Shown here piece by piece: positions 18,130 to 20,000 of a stretch of 20,000 nucleotides of DNA. The DNA is from an uncultured virus (IMG/VR IMGVR_UViG_3300002170_000002). Lineage: Duplodnaviria; Heunggongvirae; Uroviricota; Caudoviricetes. How positions within the stretch are numbered: position 1 is the stretch's first letter; each line of letters begins with the position of its first letter. The DNA lies in IMG/VR virus record IMGVR_UViG_3300002170_000002, positions 45,786 through 65,785 of that record; one strand, written 5' to 3'. The notes under the pieces were generated by a model. That model ran no database searches. It had not been told where the DNA came from and saw nothing but the letters and a program-made list of their open reading frames with translations. Made by a program: the position numbers and the translations under genes.

Positions 18130-18165
18130 ACACCACTTGACAAATAGAAAGATATGTGGTATAGT
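18130..18165 (+). promoter_or_regulatory. sigmaA-type promoter with extended -10, convergent with the lysis genes
   Basis: ACACCAC-TTGACA-17 nt (ending ATATGTGG)-TATAGT. Confidence 0.8.
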
Positions 18166-18183
18166 ATAGATGGGGAGGAAAAG

Positions 18184-18213
18184 AAAAAGGAGATGAGCTA
18201 GTTCTCATCTCCT
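18184..18213 (-). terminator. Rho-independent terminator of the lysis operon
   Basis: Perfect 10-bp stem AGGAGATGAG/CTCATCTCCT with a U-tract on the minus strand, just downstream of the holin stop. Confidence 0.85.
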
Positions 18214-18250
18214 AATTTAATAACTTTACATTCAAGATGTAAAGAAGAAA

Positions 18251-18862
18251 TTAATCTCTGGATTGCGTAGGAATGTTTCCAGAACCTTCATCACCCAACG
18301 TTTCTCGAATGGCTTCTACGTCCTCATCATTACCTACATAATCCTCCTCTACTACATCCACAGGCACATCATGTGCATCCTCCCCAAATTCCTCTTTATA
18401 TCCTTCATCAGGGAGTTCTTCAGGATTTTCACAATCCTCTTGAATTGGTACAGCAACAGGAACTACCTCTACATCACCATACTTTTTAGATTCATTGATT
18501 TGAGATTCAATCTCTGATTCAATAAATACCGTAAAGTCTTTGTGCATCTTTTCAACAGCTGCCCTGCCTTCAGCATCTACTTGCTGTTCTACCAGTTTCT
18601 TAGTTCGATAGAAAGCTTCACGCATTGCTTCCTCATCAAACTTTCCTTCCTTCTTCAGTTCATCAACAAATCGTTGATTGGTGAAGTTAATGGAACGGGC
18701 AATGGTTTGTAGTACCATTTGTACATTTTCTCGTACATCTTCATTCTTAATATTCTCCGTTTTCTTTAGGAAGAAATTAAGAGCTACCAGTACCAGAGCT
18801 ACCAGTGCAGGAGAAAGTACAGCAATGGCAATTCCACCCAAAAATCCAACATCCAAATTCAT
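18251..18862 (-). CDS. holin (LL-H-like, single N-terminal TM) with long acidic tail
   Basis: N-terminal hydrophobic helix, then TNQRFVDELKKEGKF...IESEIESQI; AAGGAGG RBS; in the endolysin cassette. Confidence 0.75.
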   Translation of the reverse strand: MNLDVGFLGGIAIAVLSPALVALVLVALNFFLKKTENIKNEDVRENVQMVLQTIARSINFTNQRFVDELKKEGKFDEEAMREAFYRTKKLVEQQVDAEGRAAVEKMHKDFTVFIESEIESQINESKKYGDVEVVPVAVPIQEDCENPEELPDEGYKEEFGEDAHDVPVDVVEEDYVGNDEDVEAIRETLGDEGSGNIPTQSRD

Positions 18863-18888
18863 AACATTACCTCCTTATATTTTATTTT

Positions 18889-19215
18889 CTAACCCTTAGC
18901 ATTAAAGGGAACAGGAATAAATTCATTTTCCCAATCTTTTATCTTTCTATTATCTGCAATAAAAGCATTTACTGTACTCTCATCTTCCTCTTTTCCTACC
19001 CCAACTTTAATGAAGGTATAATAAGGATAGATGTTTTCATTCCCTACATAGATGATTCTCTGGAATAGTTCTGTAGGAGTCATCCCATAGTCAAATTGTA
19101 CAGCACCACTCACTTCTTTAATGATTTGATTCACATATTTTTGGTGGGATGCCTGAAGAGTAAATACACCAAATCTGGGTTGCATCTTGAGCAACTCTAC
19201 TTTTCCTGAAGCCAT
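18889..19215 (-). CDS. stand-alone homolog of the endolysin C-terminal (CD27L/CTP1L-like) domain; exact start uncertain
   Basis: Ungapped alignment with the endolysin C-terminus, 13 of 45 residues identical. Confidence 0.6.
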   Translation of the reverse strand: MASGKVELLKMQPRFGVFTLQASHQKYVNQIIKEVSGAVQFDYGMTPTELFQRIIYVGNENIYPYYTFIKVGVGKEEDESTVNAFIADNRKIKDWENEFIPVPFNAKG

Positions 19216-20000
19216 TTCGTGACCGCCGCATCTGTTTCTTTGCGATTTTCGCCCGACAAATGAATCGTCGCCTTGTCGTCTTTGGGCCCGCCTACCTGGA
19301 TGATCTCCTTGTAGTACGCCGGATTGACTCGGCTTGCATCCACCAGCACCGCTCCTTCCACCTGCGAAACGATGCGCAACACACCGCCTAAGTCTGCCGT
19401 GCTTTTTGCGTACACGCCGATGTGGTAGGGCGTGGGCGTGTCCGGTGCAGGAGTTTCGGGCTCATCGACTACAAGCACCGGATCAAAGCGGTCGAGGTTG
19501 TAATCCTTGATGCGCTTCGTCAGCGTCTGTGCATACGTCGGGCTGGTCGCATACGTGCCGGTCAGCGCATTGACCGCTACTTCCCACGACTTCGCTGTGT
19601 AGACGGGCTTATAAAGCTGTACCCGTGTCGGCGTTGATCGGAAAAACTCGCCATGATCCTTGACGCTTTCTTCCCACGAATTGTATTTTCTAAAAGCGGC
19701 ATCGACCTTGACGTACTGGCCGTTCACAAACTCGCTTGTGCTTTTCGTGTACTTCTCGCCCGTCCACGGTGCGCTTGCCTTGATGCCAAAAAGATTATTC
19801 GCTTTCCGGGCCAATTCCGAATTTCCGTTTGCACTTTCGACCATACCTTGCGCAATCGTCACGCTGGGCAAGATGCCCGACTTCTTGTAGTCCGCCTGTG
19901 CCAAAGGTGCAAGAAAGTCTATAAATTCTTCCGGCGTCCACTCCTTATCGCTCGACTGATGATAAAAAGCCGCAAGTGTGTCGGCTGTGGCTTCGGCTAC
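19197..20000 (-). CDS. endolysin: GH73 glucosaminidase + Pro-rich linker + CD27L/CTP1L-like C-terminal domain; N-terminus lies beyond the window
   Basis: GILPSVTIAQGMVESANG, ANNLFGIKA, FRKYNSWEESVKDH, YATSPTY; frame open to the right edge (VAEATADTLAAFY..., resembling the end of an Amidase_3 domain); C-terminal IIQVGG...SGENRKET. Confidence 0.9.
   Translation of the reverse strand, partial: VAEATADTLAAFYHQSSDKEWTPEEFIDFLAPLAQADYKKSGILPSVTIAQGMVESANGNSELARKANNLFGIKASAPWTGEKYTKSTSEFVNGQYVKVDAAFRKYNSWEESVKDHGEFFRSTPTRVQLYKPVYTAKSWEVAVNALTGTYATSPTYAQTLTKRIKDYNLDRFDPVLVVDEPETPAPDTPTPYHIGVYAKSTADLGGVLRIVSQVEGAVLVDASRVNPAYYKEIIQVGGPKDDKATIHLSGENRKETDAAVTKWLQEK

Noticed and set aside
17290..18250. 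CRISPR or mini-array to accompany the Cas4-like gene
   Set aside because: Repeats are only 7-11 bp and irregularly spaced; no repeat-spacer periodicity
217..19890. All plus-strand ORFs in the track, plus the nested minus ORFs 5913-6098, 7257-7454 and 15250-15435
   Set aside because: They are shadows of longer motif-bearing minus-strand genes; Ser/Phe/Leu-rich antisense composition and no recognisable motifs
1..20000. Stop-codon reassignment (alternative genetic code)
   Set aside because: Genes are full length in code 11, and TAA, TAG and TGA all end genes at sensible positions

Overview
AT-rich fragment of a tailed bacteriophage (or prophage) of a Firmicutes host, inferred from sigmaA-type promoters, strong SD sites and a clostridial-type endolysin binding domain. 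All credible genes are on the minus strand. Bases 1-17.3 kb are a replication/recombination module: RecA, RecU-like resolvase, Cas4-like nuclease, divergent beta-clamp, family A DNA polymerase, gp32-like SSB, primase, an NrdR-like Zn-ribbon protein, DnaB helicase, DnaC-like loader, a class II (B12) ribonucleotide reductase with ATP cone, and many small unknowns. A roughly 960-bp ORF-free region (17290-18250) holds three plus-strand promoters, a probable ~180-nt structured ncRNA, DnaA boxes, cGNAg hairpins and a shared CACCACT motif; it is a likely origin and regulatory hub. The right end is a lysis cassette: holin, a small ORF that is a free-standing homolog of the endolysin C-terminal domain, and a GC-rich, apparently recently imported GH73 endolysin. 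That endolysin carries the only GATC sites I found in the window. All assignments come from reading motifs by eye; no searches were run.
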